A stretch of 63,481 nt of DNA, counting the filler, from Reticulomyxa filosa (Eukaryota; Protista; Foraminifera): assembly GCA_000512085.1 (NCBI GenBank). It is 14 parts of 14 records of this genome, joined end to end, with 100 filler letters (N's around TTAATTAATTAA, not from the genome) between each part and the next. Parts side by side here need not be neighbours in the genome. Positions count along the whole stretch, not along the records: positions 1 to 3,511 come from ASPP01001689.1; positions 3,612 to 5,441 come from ASPP01008287.1; positions 5,542 to 9,055 come from ASPP01012694.1; positions 9,156 to 21,325 come from ASPP01005981.1; 10 more parts are not named here. One strand, 5' to 3'. The first letter of the stretch is position 1. Every line of letters starts with the position of its first letter. The position numbers and the translations under genes were made by a program. Positions 1 through 11,282 of the stretch are shown in pieces. The notes beneath the pieces are model-generated. The model searched no databases and was not told the origin of the DNA. It saw only the letters and a list, made by a program, of their open reading frames with translations.

Positions 1-18
1 ATATATATATATGTGTAC

Positions 19-908
19 CCGTTCTCCAATCGAAAACACAGTAGTGTTTGCATATGTCTCATGAAATAGTGAATACTGTCGTAGGCGGGGTTCCAATTCA
101 CCCTTGGCTTGAAAAGCTCTTTTTCCACTCCGTTTTTGTCCCTCGTCTTCGATGGCTTGATTTCGTACAGTCGATAGCGAATCAACAAGTGACAAAACGT
201 CAGCTCCACGTGTTGAATGCCGCCCTTTGTCAATGTCATTCGATTCGTACTCGTGCGCTTCAGCTGTGGCTCGTTCTTCAACTCCTTCTCTTTTTGGTCT
301 TCTTCTTGCTCACGTCGATACGCTTCCAATATGTGCACAAAGTCTCGTCTCAGCCATCCCAATAGCTAAATTGTTGTACACAGGTATACATATACATATA
401 TACATATATACATATATATACACATATATATATATGTATGTATATGTATACGTATATGTATATGTATATGTATATGTACGCAGACACAAGACACAGTGTC
501 TTTGTTTGATTGCTTGTTTAATATTGTCTCATGCACACCAAGAGTGTCTCTTTGCGATGGATTGGACTGTAAAAACGAGGCCATTTGGCTGGATTTTTGT
601 CGTCTTCCAATATCAATCCTTTTTCTTTTCTTGCCAGGTCATTGTATGTAAACACTTTCGCTCGGATATCATAAAATGTTGTCAATATTTCTTCTGCTGA
701 TTTGCTTGTTTCACTTGCTTTGTATTGTTTTTAAAACGTCATGTAATCAGTAAGCCGAAAAACAAAACACCACTTGTGCTTATTCGTTTTTTTTGTTTTT
801 CCTCCAGTCAACATCTATACCTGGAGGAGGTGCATGCACGTCCCATTCCTGATCTTGCCAATCGAACTCCCTCGTTCCAGGGAGATCATTTGCCGAAATG
901 GGTATCAT
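19..908 (-). CDS. Spliced hypothetical protein, 3'-truncated at window start
   Basis: Open exons ...KWPRFYSPIHRKETLL |GTGTGC...TTTAG| LLGWLRRDFVHILEAYRREQ...CFRLENG (exon 365-19) join in phase. The start is uncertain and no family was recognised. Confidence 0.55.
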
Positions 909-1739
909 TATTTATCAATAAATCGCTGATGTAAGAATTTTTTTTTAAAAAAATACCCCTCTCGTGAACGTTTGAATACATTAAACGTATACAAACATCC
1001 TGATGCTACTTGTACAATGTATTGTCAGGAGGTCAACTGGTACAAAGTAATACAAAGACTCACTTTCTTAGAGCAAAATTTCAACAGAAAACGAAAAATT
1101 TTTACAGACTTGTGGTTTTTGTTGTGCAAAACTTATTTCCTAGAGACATCAACTGGTGCTGAGTTAGAAATGTAATCCCAAATTTTTTAAAATGATAATA
1201 TTTTCTTCTCCTTCTTGTTTAATTATTGTAATTTTTTTGGAGTATGGCTTTGATTTTTCATGTTGATTAAGATTTTTTTTATTGTCTTTGTTATACTTTT
1301 CCTCCTCTTGGATTGTTGTTCCTCAATCGGTACCAAAAAAATAAATCACATCACAAACGCAGTTGACTAAGATTAAAAAAACTTTTGTTGATTTAAAAGT
1401 AATGCAAACAATCAAATAAAAAAAACTAAAGAACATAGACTTTCAAAACAATTTGATTAAATATTGTTCTTCATAGAAAACCGGTTATTTCTATAAGATA
1501 CTATATTTTGTTAAATACTTTTAAACTCTTTAGCTTTTTCAAAATGAAAAAATTAACACATATAAAGAACATTCTTTTTTTTGTGATTGTATGTCTTTTG
1601 CCATTGGGCATTTTAGGCTGTCCAGAACACCTGTCAAAATAGGTCTTCTGCAGATGAGTGGAATCGCCACTGGATAAATGAAGGATCAGAAGGTATACGA
1701 CATCAACACCAAAAACTTTTCTTATCAAGTTTGGCAGAA

Positions 1740-2253
1740 GCACAAACATTTGAAAATATGATATTACATCGTCTTCAAATACATGAGCGCAGGATCATTT
1801 GCAGATTAATCACTGGGAAAGTAGTATTAAATGAATACATACACTCAATAAAAAAGGATGAAACACAGTTCTGCAATTAGTGCAAACACTAGACAGAGTC
1901 AGTAGGACATTTCTTGATAAAATGCCAGCAGTACGAAAACAGCATGCAAGATTGGAAAAAGAATGCAAAAGACATAAAGACAGAAATCTCATTTGACGTA
2001 AGCAAACTGAAGATACTGACCGTAGGATCAGTAACTTGGGCTCCCGAAATCAGGATCAAGCTAGTTCAAGAACTTGTGAAATTTGTTGTGGCAACAAAAA
2101 GAAATGTTTAAAACAAATAACTACAAAAGTATTTGTCGCTTGAAAAATTCTACAAAACATAGAATGTAAGTATTAAAACATATTTCCACTAACTTCCTTA
2201 TTTAAAGAGCTATGTCCTTTGGATCGATGCTCGCAACTTGCAAAAAAAAAAAT
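1740..2253 (+). mobile_element. Degenerate 3' end of a non-LTR retrotransposon (LINE ORF2 C-terminus, 3' UTR, poly-A)
   Basis: Reads RRIICRLITGKVVLNEYIHSI...FCN*CKH*TESVGHFLIKCQQY...LVKFVVATKR. This matches the RLxTG...CxxC...ExxxHxLxxC zinc-finger tail of LINE ORF2, with two in-frame TAG stops. An A-tract follows at about 2242-2253. Confidence 0.75.
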
Positions 2254-3511
2254 ATGTCTTCTAATTTTTAATTCCTTTAATGGGCACCTCCCAAATGTGA
2301 TACACTTGATAGACAAACTATATTTTGATTTTTGAATTAATTTTGTATGTATTTGTTATTAATACTTATATTCTTAAAGAAATACAGGTTCTTTACGCAT
2401 GTAATCACAGGTTCCCTTTTTTTAGTGTACATCTCCCCTTTATCGTCAAATGGAAAAAAATTATATTGCTCATTTTAGATTGAAGAGACCGTGAAAATCT
2501 CAATATTGTGAAAATGCAATAATTTAATTCGACACAAATCTCTACTGCTTCACAATCAAAGTAAATACATTCGAGAAAGATATAGAAAAAGAGATATGGA
2601 GACTATCCAGTTGTCTATTTTCAAATATTTCTCAATTTATTCAAATAATGTAATGGAAAGAGCACTTTGCAACAAAGAAAAGATAGATATTCTACCAAAA
2701 AAATTATTAAAAAGATTGACAAAAACTCAGCGCGCGAAAAAAAGGCAAGTTTTCACAAACGATAAACAGAGCTCTTCATAAGCGATAAACGAATTTCTTG
2801 ACACACGACGAACAGTAGCTTCTTGACACGAGACAAAAGTGTTCTTGGAGCAATTGGTTATAAAAAAGTGCTCTTTACAAAATTGAAATTAAAGAAGAGT
2901 AACTAAAACTGGCAATCAACAAATAAGGTTAATTATGACACGCGACAAAAAAAACGCAAACACTACTAAAAAAAAATAGTTCAGTCATTAACATTGCAAT
3001 TAATGAAACAAAAAAAACAAAGAAGAAATAACTGTTGGCGCTTTGTCGTTCAATCATGCTGGATGGTGACATTCTTTAGTCAGACAATGAGTCTCACACA
3101 CGCTGTCACCCATTGCTCGGTTGGCTACTTTGGATGACATTCCACTGCAAAGTCCGAATCATCTGCTCAGACTTGCTTCCGCGAATGTAAAGGCGCATGC
3201 ATGATTTTGAACCTTGGGTTTCAGGGGCCTTTACTCTCCAGATTCTTTTCCACATGCTTATATTGGCCCACTTTCTTATTTATCATTTTTTTTATAGCAT
3301 ATGAGACTGTTTGTCACATGTCTATTTATTTGTGGCACCACTTTTGAAGACATATAGCACTTTTTGTATTGCACTCATCGTCTCCTTTTTTGCATATGTC
3401 ATGCCATACACTTTGCAACTACAGTAATTGTAAAAAAACTACAATACTTAAATGGCACTATATGAAGAGAATCGATTTTCTCAATGAAAAATAAAGATTT
3501 AAACCTAATTT

Positions 3512-3611
3512 NNNNNNNNNNNNNNNNNNNNNNNNNNNNNNNNNNNNNNNNNNNNTTAATTAATTAANNNNNNNNNNNNNNNNNNNNNNNNNNNNNNNNN
3601 NNNNNNNNNNN
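3512..3611. other. Artificial contig linker N44-TTAATTAATTAA-N44. Also at 5442, 9056, 21326, 38622, 41735, 43341, 44869, 51165, 53131, 54746, 60746 and 62041.
   Basis: The same 100-nt spacer, with stops in all six frames, occurs 13 times. Composition and genes break at each copy. Confidence 0.98.
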
Positions 3612-3613
3612 CA

Positions 3614-4251
3614 GTGGGCTAAAACTCCTCAACCAACTTCACTTGCTCTTTTACTTTGTTTTCTTTGGTTGCTTATTCATCTTTCTTTTACTTAATTTAC
3701 TTTTGTTTTATCGAACATTGGTTTCTTGAGCAAAACCATTTTCGTATTACATTTAGTATACCTCTTCCAGCTGACTCTACAAAATAATGAAAATCTATTT
3801 GAGTTCATTATAACGATAAACGATATTGGAATATTTCATTTGCATATTGTACTTGTTTGCAATGCTGTTATTGCTTTGGTAAATCATTGCTTTGACTATA
3901 TTTGATGTAATACTAAAGCATTTTGACATATTTAAATTAGTATTTACATTCATATTGACGTTTGCATTTTGAATAGTTTAAAGTAACAAATTCTTGTTTT
4001 TTGACAATATACATTTAAGTAATCATAGACAATGTAAGGCAAGGCCCTATAAATATCTGAACGTGAAGGAACCTGGGAGTCACCGTGGGCTAAAACTCCT
4101 CAACCAACTTCACTTATTCTTTTGTTTTGTTTTCTTCTTTTGTTGCGTTATTCATCTTTCTTTTATTTAATTTACTTTTGTTTTATCGAACATTGGTTTC
4201 TTGAGAAAAACTATTTTCGTATTACATTTAGTACAACCTCTTCCAGCTGAC
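3614..4251 (+). repeat. About 165-bp imperfect direct repeat (3614-3775 and 4085-4251)
   Basis: Both copies run from GTGGGCTAAAACTCCTCAACCAACTTCACTT to CCTCTTCCAGCTGAC with few differences. Confidence 0.9.
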
Positions 4252-5541
4252 GTCCCACAACAATTACAAATTTGCCATTATTTGTAATTATTTTTTATAT
4301 TTTTGCTAATGTGATATCTGGAGAATATTTTCGATTATGATTTGTGCTCCAATGTTAGAACTTTGAAATTGTTTCATTTAAATCAATCTAAATACTTTAA
4401 TACAACGAAATCTTCTTTTTGATAAATTATCATTGTAAATACTTTTCAAACTTTAGTATCTTGCACCATCTGGAACAACTATTATATTGCACTATTATCA
4501 AATACAACGCACATGCTTGCGACATTTTTCGCAACACGAATCGTTCGTGTCTTTTAAGTGCACTATGCTATCTTGCTGTATTTTTATATAACTGTCGTAC
4601 TGGTCATGATAATACAATCAACTCGATCTATTACTCAATTTGGTCAGTAAATACACAATATCTTATAGTGCTATTCAGACTTTGGATCCGACCATGAAGT
4701 GCATTTGTCATTTGAGCAAACTAATGTTCGTCAAAACTTCACTGATATCTGTTTTATTTTTGTTCAGTGTAAAGACATTTTTTTGCCACCTTTCTTTTTT
4801 CCCATTCCAAAAGAAACGCATTATCAAAAGTCTACCAAAAAAAAGTAACTGTATATTTTTTTATCAAATTTCTATTTGCATATGTGTCTTCTCTTTTGTT
4901 TTTTTCTTTTGTCAAGTTTCTCTCAACTTTTTTTAGATAATTTACCCTTTTGTTCGGTCTTATTAGACTGCCTTAGCCGAAACTTTTTATGCCAGGACCA
5001 GTATTAGAACTGAGATATTTCTTTACAGTTTTCCTCACGACTTTTAACTTATAATTTTTTTTTAGAAAATGTTGAGTCAACTCAGTTTCCAAATTTAATT
5101 TATCAAATACTAACTTGTCACGCTACTGCGAAATATGCAACTTTTCAATTAAAACCATTGTGCAAATGAAAAAATTAATTGAAAGTTTAATAAATTCAAC
5201 ATACATCATATTGCAAAAATAAACATATGAATGCCACCTTACGAAGATGATCGACTTTCTTCATGAAAAGCAAACATTTAAACATAATTTTTAAGAGGCT
5301 ATCATTTTTATACTTTTTTAAAATAAAATGTTTGTTGTTTTATTTATTTTCAATTTCAACGACAACTAAAAATAACTTTTGTACTTATTTTGTGTTTAAT
5401 TTGCAAAAAAAATTTTTTGATAGATTTAACAAAATGTTTTGNNNNNNNNNNNNNNNNNNNNNNNNNNNNNNNNNNNNNNNNNNNNTTAATTAATTAANNN
5501 NNNNNNNNNNNNNNNNNNNNNNNNNNNNNNNNNNNNNNNNN

Positions 5542-6608
5542 ACATCTACTTCTATTTCTCTTTCTTCTTCTTCTTCTTCTTCTTCTTCTTCTTCTTCGTC
5601 GGCGATTGGCGAGGGAAACATTCCAAATCTTTGTGCCACCACTTCATTGCGTACCAAAATAACCCAACGCTTATTTGCGGCGTCGAAGCGCATGATTACA
5701 GCCTTGTCGTTATGTTGGCAACGAAAGGTCGGACGCCCTTCCCACGGAGTCTTCCAGACGCGCTCGTAAATGCCGCTAATCTCGCCGCCTTTGGCCGACG
5801 TGTTGACGCGGATGAGCTCTGTGGACAAGACCAGTCTCTGCAGATAGGCCTGTTTGAGTTCGAAATGCCGCCAGCGAAGGTCGCGCATGTGTTGCTTCAA
5901 GTCTTTGCGTCGCAACGTGGTGCGTACAGTTTTGTTGGCCACGCAACCGAGGAGTTCGAAAGGACAAGCCACAACGACCAGTGGACATGTGGTCAAATGT
6001 TGTGTCAAATTCTGACGAAGGAACTGTGGCTCATTTCCATTATCATCACCATTATCAATGCCACAATGATGAGGACATGAAATAGGAACACTCACACACA
6101 ACTCATTCACATGCTTTTCCATTTGCTTACGAAGCACTTTCTCTTGACAATACTTACAATCCAATGGATACTCTGCACACTTGTCCCAATGCTGCGACTC
6201 ATGCTTTTTGATGTATTCCTCCGTGGTGCAATACTTGCAACGGAAAAGCGCATATTCGCACTTTGTTGAGTGCTCATTCAGTCCATTCAATTCGCCCGTC
6301 CATTCGCACCCTTGCTTCTTATTCTTACATTTCACTCGCAATTGCAAAATTTCGCGCTTGATAAACGCGCTCATGTTCTTCGACTCCACCGCGCTTTGGC
6401 ACTGCGGGCAGGTCGGCTTATTTTCCGACAGATACTGTCCCAGACATCGTTTGCAAAACAAGTGTCCACATGGCTGCGTCTCCGTTGGCTCGCGTGCTAT
6501 ATGCTTGCAGATCATGCAACAAAATGCCACTGCTTTGCCTCGGTCTGCATCCACAAAGTCCTCATGGTCGTAACCTTTTTCCACGCTCTCCTTCTCTTCG
6601 CTCTGCAT
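5542..6608 (-). CDS. RING finger + TRAF zinc-finger E3 ligase-like protein, 3'-truncated
   Basis: C3HC4 RING (CMIC...CGHLFCKRC...CPQC), followed by LRVKCKNKKQGCEWTG and tandem TRAF-type CxxC/H/C fingers. Confidence 0.9.
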
Positions 6609-7074
6609 CTTTTTTTTTTTTTTTTTGATCCAACATCCAAGTTCGGCATATTTGTGGCTTTACGTCCTTGTGTGCCGTGTGGAAAATACTTAAAAAAAAA
6701 AAGAATTACGCCATATATGGACATAAAATCATTATATTTCTTTTGAACTGTTGATAATCCTTATCACTCTGGTGAAAGTATACTTGAATTGCACACAATG
6801 CTCACAATAACATTAAAGAGTTTTTTCTGTTCTTTAACTGAACAAGGCCTCAGTTGTCTGGACTGAAATTTTTGATATCTCCAATTTTTTTTACCTGTCG
6901 TTTATGAACAAAAAATTAGTGACAACAAAAAGAATTATTTAATCAGAAGTGAATTGGGCTAATGAAAAGCGATTGTACAATTTTGGCCCTACTTTTGCCT
7001 TGTTTTTGGTAATTTAATCGAAAAGAAAATTTTAAAGAGTGTACTACTAGAACACCAAGTTTTACTTAAAAACG

Positions 7075-7992
7075 TCATTGACGTTTTCTGCAAAAAAATT
7101 GTTCGGTTTTGACAATTTCTAACTTAGTAGAACATTTGAGCATAACAGCAAAGTGCCATGGCCCATTTTGAACATCACAAAAAGCCTCGCCTAAATCTAT
7201 GTCATTAATTTGAAAAGACAACGAGCATTTCTTAGTGAAAGGGTCCAATGCAACTTTGATGCCAACACAGTCCCCAGCATTGATGACGCTTTGGTCTGAG
7301 AAAGCTAATGACCCTGGAGATACAAGTGTACCCTTGGAGTAATAGTCGAAATCAGTTCTCCAATTATGTCTCGTGCTTCCATACAAGCCAAAGATGGCAT
7401 AGCTATTCTCATTTCCTAATTCCAAGCGAAAGTTATTCCAAATTTTGTCCTTGTTCAATTTCTCATCTTTATAAAAGTTGCTATTGATCAGTCCGAACCA
7501 TATGTCTCCTGGCGTTTCCAACTCCTCAATTCGGATATATATACACGTTGCTGGGATGTATAGATGCTCTTGTGACATCCACTCATCTGTCGCGTTCACG
7601 CCTTTTTGGCTGGCGCTGCTCTCCTGGCTATTGCTCCAATATATTTTACCCATCAAAGGCACGGTTATTGACGTGCCCTTTTTGTGTTTTGTTCTTTCCA
7701 AACGATGTGCGTCTGTACGTATTAGTGTGCTCAAGTCATTTTCGTACAAAGACTGCAAGTCGGACGACGAAGGAAACAAATGATAGAACGCAACAAACTT
7801 GGTTATCATTTCGATCAAGACTGATGGTACATTTTTTCGATATGGTCTCATAAACCAATGACGAATTATCATGTCATTTACGACATTCGAGGCTAACACA
7901 TTTTTGCCAGTCATTTTTATATATTTTGTTTTTAGTTGCCAAACCCCCTTCCAACACATATCTTCGAAGGGTATATCAATAATTGTTTTCAA
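7075..7992 (-). CDS. SPRY/B30.2-like domain protein (probable ATG near 7914)
   Basis: IWFGL...GDCVGIKV...LSFQINDIDLGEAFCDV...WHFAV is a SPRY pattern. Confidence 0.75.
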   Translation of the reverse strand: MKTIIDIPFEDMCWKGVWQLKTKYIKMTGKNVLASNVVNDMIIRHWFMRPYRKNVPSVLIEMITKFVAFYHLFPSSSDLQSLYENDLSTLIRTDAHRLERTKHKKGTSITVPLMGKIYWSNSQESSASQKGVNATDEWMSQEHLYIPATCIYIRIEELETPGDIWFGLINSNFYKDEKLNKDKIWNNFRLELGNENSYAIFGLYGSTRHNWRTDFDYYSKGTLVSPGSLAFSDQSVINAGDCVGIKVALDPFTKKCSLSFQINDIDLGEAFCDVQNGPWHFAVMLKCSTKLEIVKTEQFFCRKRQ

Positions 7993-8449
7993 ATGTTTAA
8001 AATCTTTTTTCTGCTCGCACTTAAATTTAATGGATAGATGAAATCAACATGAATAAAAAGTAAGATGGTATCGATTCTTGGTCGGCCGCAAACAAATCAA
8101 AGGTTGGATTTACTACAATTTCAGCTATTTGTTAAAATTTATCAAATAAAGTTCTGGCACCAGTCCAATATCTGAGCAAAGCATTCATATGTGCGACACA
8201 AAAAATGAGATGATATCTACAAACATTCACCATAAGTCGCAGCGGCATTGAAACCCAAAACTTTAACCAGTTTGCACACAGGTTTGACAATGTTAACGAG
8301 AGAAAACAAAAAAGACCAAAAACAGAACAACAACAAAAAAAAAACCAGAGAGAAAAAAAAAAAAAATTTATAGAATAGCGTGATTGTATGTTATTTTATA
8401 TTTTATTTGGTTATTGTACTATTTGTTTCATTTCGTTCAGGTGACAGAA

Positions 8450-9002
8450 TCAAGCATGCGGAGACCGATCTTCAAGAACAAATTCCACGACTGGTTCGTC
8501 AAACACAGAGACCATTTTGTGGATTGGTTCATTGCCATCATTATTGTCTGCATCCTCTTCCCTTTTCTCTTCGTGATCGGCATCTTGAGTGGAATGTGTA
8601 TGATGTTCGGACGACAAAGCATCGCTGGTGGCTTTGGCCAAAACACGTAGGGTCTTGGCAAGAGGATTGCCGGTGCGACTGTCCTCATGCTTTTTGTGTT
8701 CCAGGCTTTCCTCAGTGCGATCTTTCAATTGCGGCTGTTTTAATTTCTTTTTTAGGTTTTCGTATTCTTTGGTGTAACAAAAGCGAGAAAACGAGTTTCG
8801 CAAAAGCGTCATCGCCTCAAATGCCGCGTCATCAAAAATGTTTACATTCAGAAACAGTGGGTTGACATTCCATTCGTCTTCGGCTTCTATTTGTGCATTT
8901 TGATCCTTTATTTTCACATGTGTGGCTTTGTTCATTCGTTTTTTCAATACGTTATCATTATTGTGCTCTCCATATACTTTCACTAATATCACTCTTTGGA
9001 TT

Positions 9003-9004
<2 letters not shown>
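8450..9004 (-). CDS. Terminal exon carrying an RGS domain C-terminus, 5'-truncated
   Basis: IFDDAAFEAMTLLRNSFSRFCYTKEY matches RGS helices 7-9. A poly-A/AG acceptor lies at about 9005. Confidence 0.75.
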
Positions 9005-9038
<34 letters not shown>

Positions 9039-9155
9039 AGTAGTAAAAAGTAAAANNNNNNNNNNNNNNNNNNNNNNNNNNNNNNNNNNNNNNNNNNNNT
9101 TAATTAATTAANNNNNNNNNNNNNNNNNNNNNNNNNNNNNNNNNNNNNNNNNNNN

Positions 9156-9277
9156 CCCTTGTTTTTCATCAGTTTCAGCAAGTGCATTGAATTGCTTCTT
9201 TTTGTTTTTTTTTGCTGTTTTTTTTGACAATTACTTTGGCAATGTTCTCTTTGTGATTGCCATTATGCTTTCTTCGT

Positions 9278-9311
<34 letters not shown>

Positions 9312-10937
9312 AATTCTTCTTCTTCTTCTTCTTCTTCTTCCTTTTTTTTGACAAACTTTGCGCAACCTTCTGTTGAATCTGTACTGTGCACTGCGATTCC
9401 ACTTGACGAGTCCACTGCTTACCACATCGTGTCCAATATTGGCGATAGCGCTGCAAGATGTGCTGACAACAACGTCTGACGCAATGATTGAATCTGCGCT
9501 TTCGCGGATACAACAACTCTTTGCGATGGGACAATGTGATGCGCACTTTGGATTTGATGGCCCGTGTTTTCTTGTCTGTTCGATACCACCCTTTCCATCC
9601 AAGTGGATGCACTTTCACAAAGTACCACTTCCTTTCCCTCGTCTTTCTGTTTGTTCCCGGCACTTTCCCTGTCTGTTCCGGGTCTTTTGCAGGTGTTACT
9701 TTCTGGTCATGAATTCTGCTGTTCGGTCTGTATCGCAATTTGGAATGCCAGTGACTTGCCAATAGCGTTTTGTAAACGTTTCAATTCTTATTTTTTTGGT
9801 TAGGTATTTATATTATATATACATATGTGTGTGTGTGTGTGTGTATAAGTAAAACATATGCACAACATAAACATACAAAAGCAAAATGGTGGCATTGGAA
9901 ATGAGATATAAAAATAGCTCATCTCCGATAATGTGATGAAGGAACCCAAATTCTTTGGAGCCAACAACAAAGTTGGCGCAATCGTTGCGATGTTCATTCG
10001 CAATTTGATGATTCGCTTCCAATGGGAACACATTTCCTTGTGTTAATTTCTTTTTTTTTAAAACAATAAAAATAAATAAATCAAAGTGTGTAAATTTTTT
10101 AATAAAAATTTGGGGATTTTAATATAATTATATATACATACATATACATATATATGTATATGTATATGTAATTTTTTATTTTTTATTTTTTATTTTTTTT
10201 TTAATGATTCTGTCACAAACTTTATAACTGCTGTTCCAAAACCCAATGTCAATATATTTTGTTGTGATCCAATCCACGATGCGTTTCGTTGAAATCGCAT
10301 TCGCAATAACTCACTTACTAGCTATATGTATGTATGTGCATATGCATATTTTTGTCCCATTTGTCGTGTCCAATGGCCGTTGCTTCTTTCTCTTTGCAAA
10401 AAAAAAAATAATAAACAAAACGTAAGAATTGATATATCACTCAACGTCTTGTCTTGATGTCGATGCTGTGCCAATGCTGGGGAGTTCACTGTTTGGATTG
10501 TAGTTGTTGTTTGTTATATCGTCTGTTGGAAGATATACCTATTCATTGTTGTGGTGCATACACATACATATGCATGCACGTTGCATATGCACAATATACT
10601 CTTTTTTTTCCCCTTCCCCCCCCCCCAATTGTTACCAAAGTTGAGTGAACAAAATGTGCTATACTTTCATCTTGACTTGCTATCAATGTATCAATCACGC
10701 TTTGCTCGATATGGCATCGGTCTACTAAAAATCTTTCCAAAGTTAGAGCCGTTGGATAGATCTTGTGCACAAAGTCTGCTTTCGGGCCACTCTTGTGTTG
10801 GCTTAGGTCGTTGTCAGTTCTTTCGGTGGACTTCTGTTCCTGCTCGCTTCCATGTTCTTAGATTTAGACTTTCTTCTTTTCTTTCTATGGTCACCTGCAA
10901 ATTGATTATGCCATTGCAGGATGTCTAAACACTCCAT
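9156..10937 (-). CDS. TERT: Telomerase reverse transcriptase, N-terminal part (TEN domain and linker), multi-exon, truncated by contig end
   Basis: Spliced exons give IYPTALTLERFL...LIASQDESIAHFVHSTLV / ELLRMR...QNILTLGF / NDCANFVVGSKEFGFLHHIIGDELFLYLISNATILL / YWQVTGIP. This is colinear with the TEN motifs YxxVLxLxxF, NVLAFGF, VGDDxxxxLL and YQVCG. One apparent frameshift lies near 9740, and one junction (about 10220/10036) is out of phase by 1 nt. Confidence 0.85.
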
Positions 10938-11282
10938 TCTTACAACAAATGTTGTCGCAATTTTATTTTTTTTTGCCTTTATCGAAATTTGCAAAAAAAA
11001 CCAGTCTTTTAATAAACAAGTCTATACCGTGCTGCTTAGATTGCTTTGTATTCATGCAAACTTAGTCGTTATAGTGATAGAATATAGTGCTATATTAATA
11101 TAAAACCTTACTAATTACGAAACAGGAAGCGGAATTCAGCCCAATATGTGTATCATCGTTGTCTATGTGATTTAAAGAAAGCGCGTTTTCTTAAAACAAG
11201 CGTTTGAGTTTTTTTTTTTAGAAAAAGCGCTTTGTTTGTTCGAAGGTCTTCGAAACTTTATGTGTAGGAATTTCTACAATAA

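Noticed and set aside
1877-1892. Two in-frame TAG codons suggesting stop-codon reassignment
   Set aside because: They lie in a decayed LINE. I saw no internal TAG in intact conserved genes.
3556-3567. Recurrent TTAATTAATTAA palindrome
   Set aside because: It is an artificial concatenation linker, always flanked by N44.
8380-8865. Plus-strand hydrophobic ORFs resembling a membrane protein
   Set aside because: They are the antisense shadow of the RGS exon on the minus strand.
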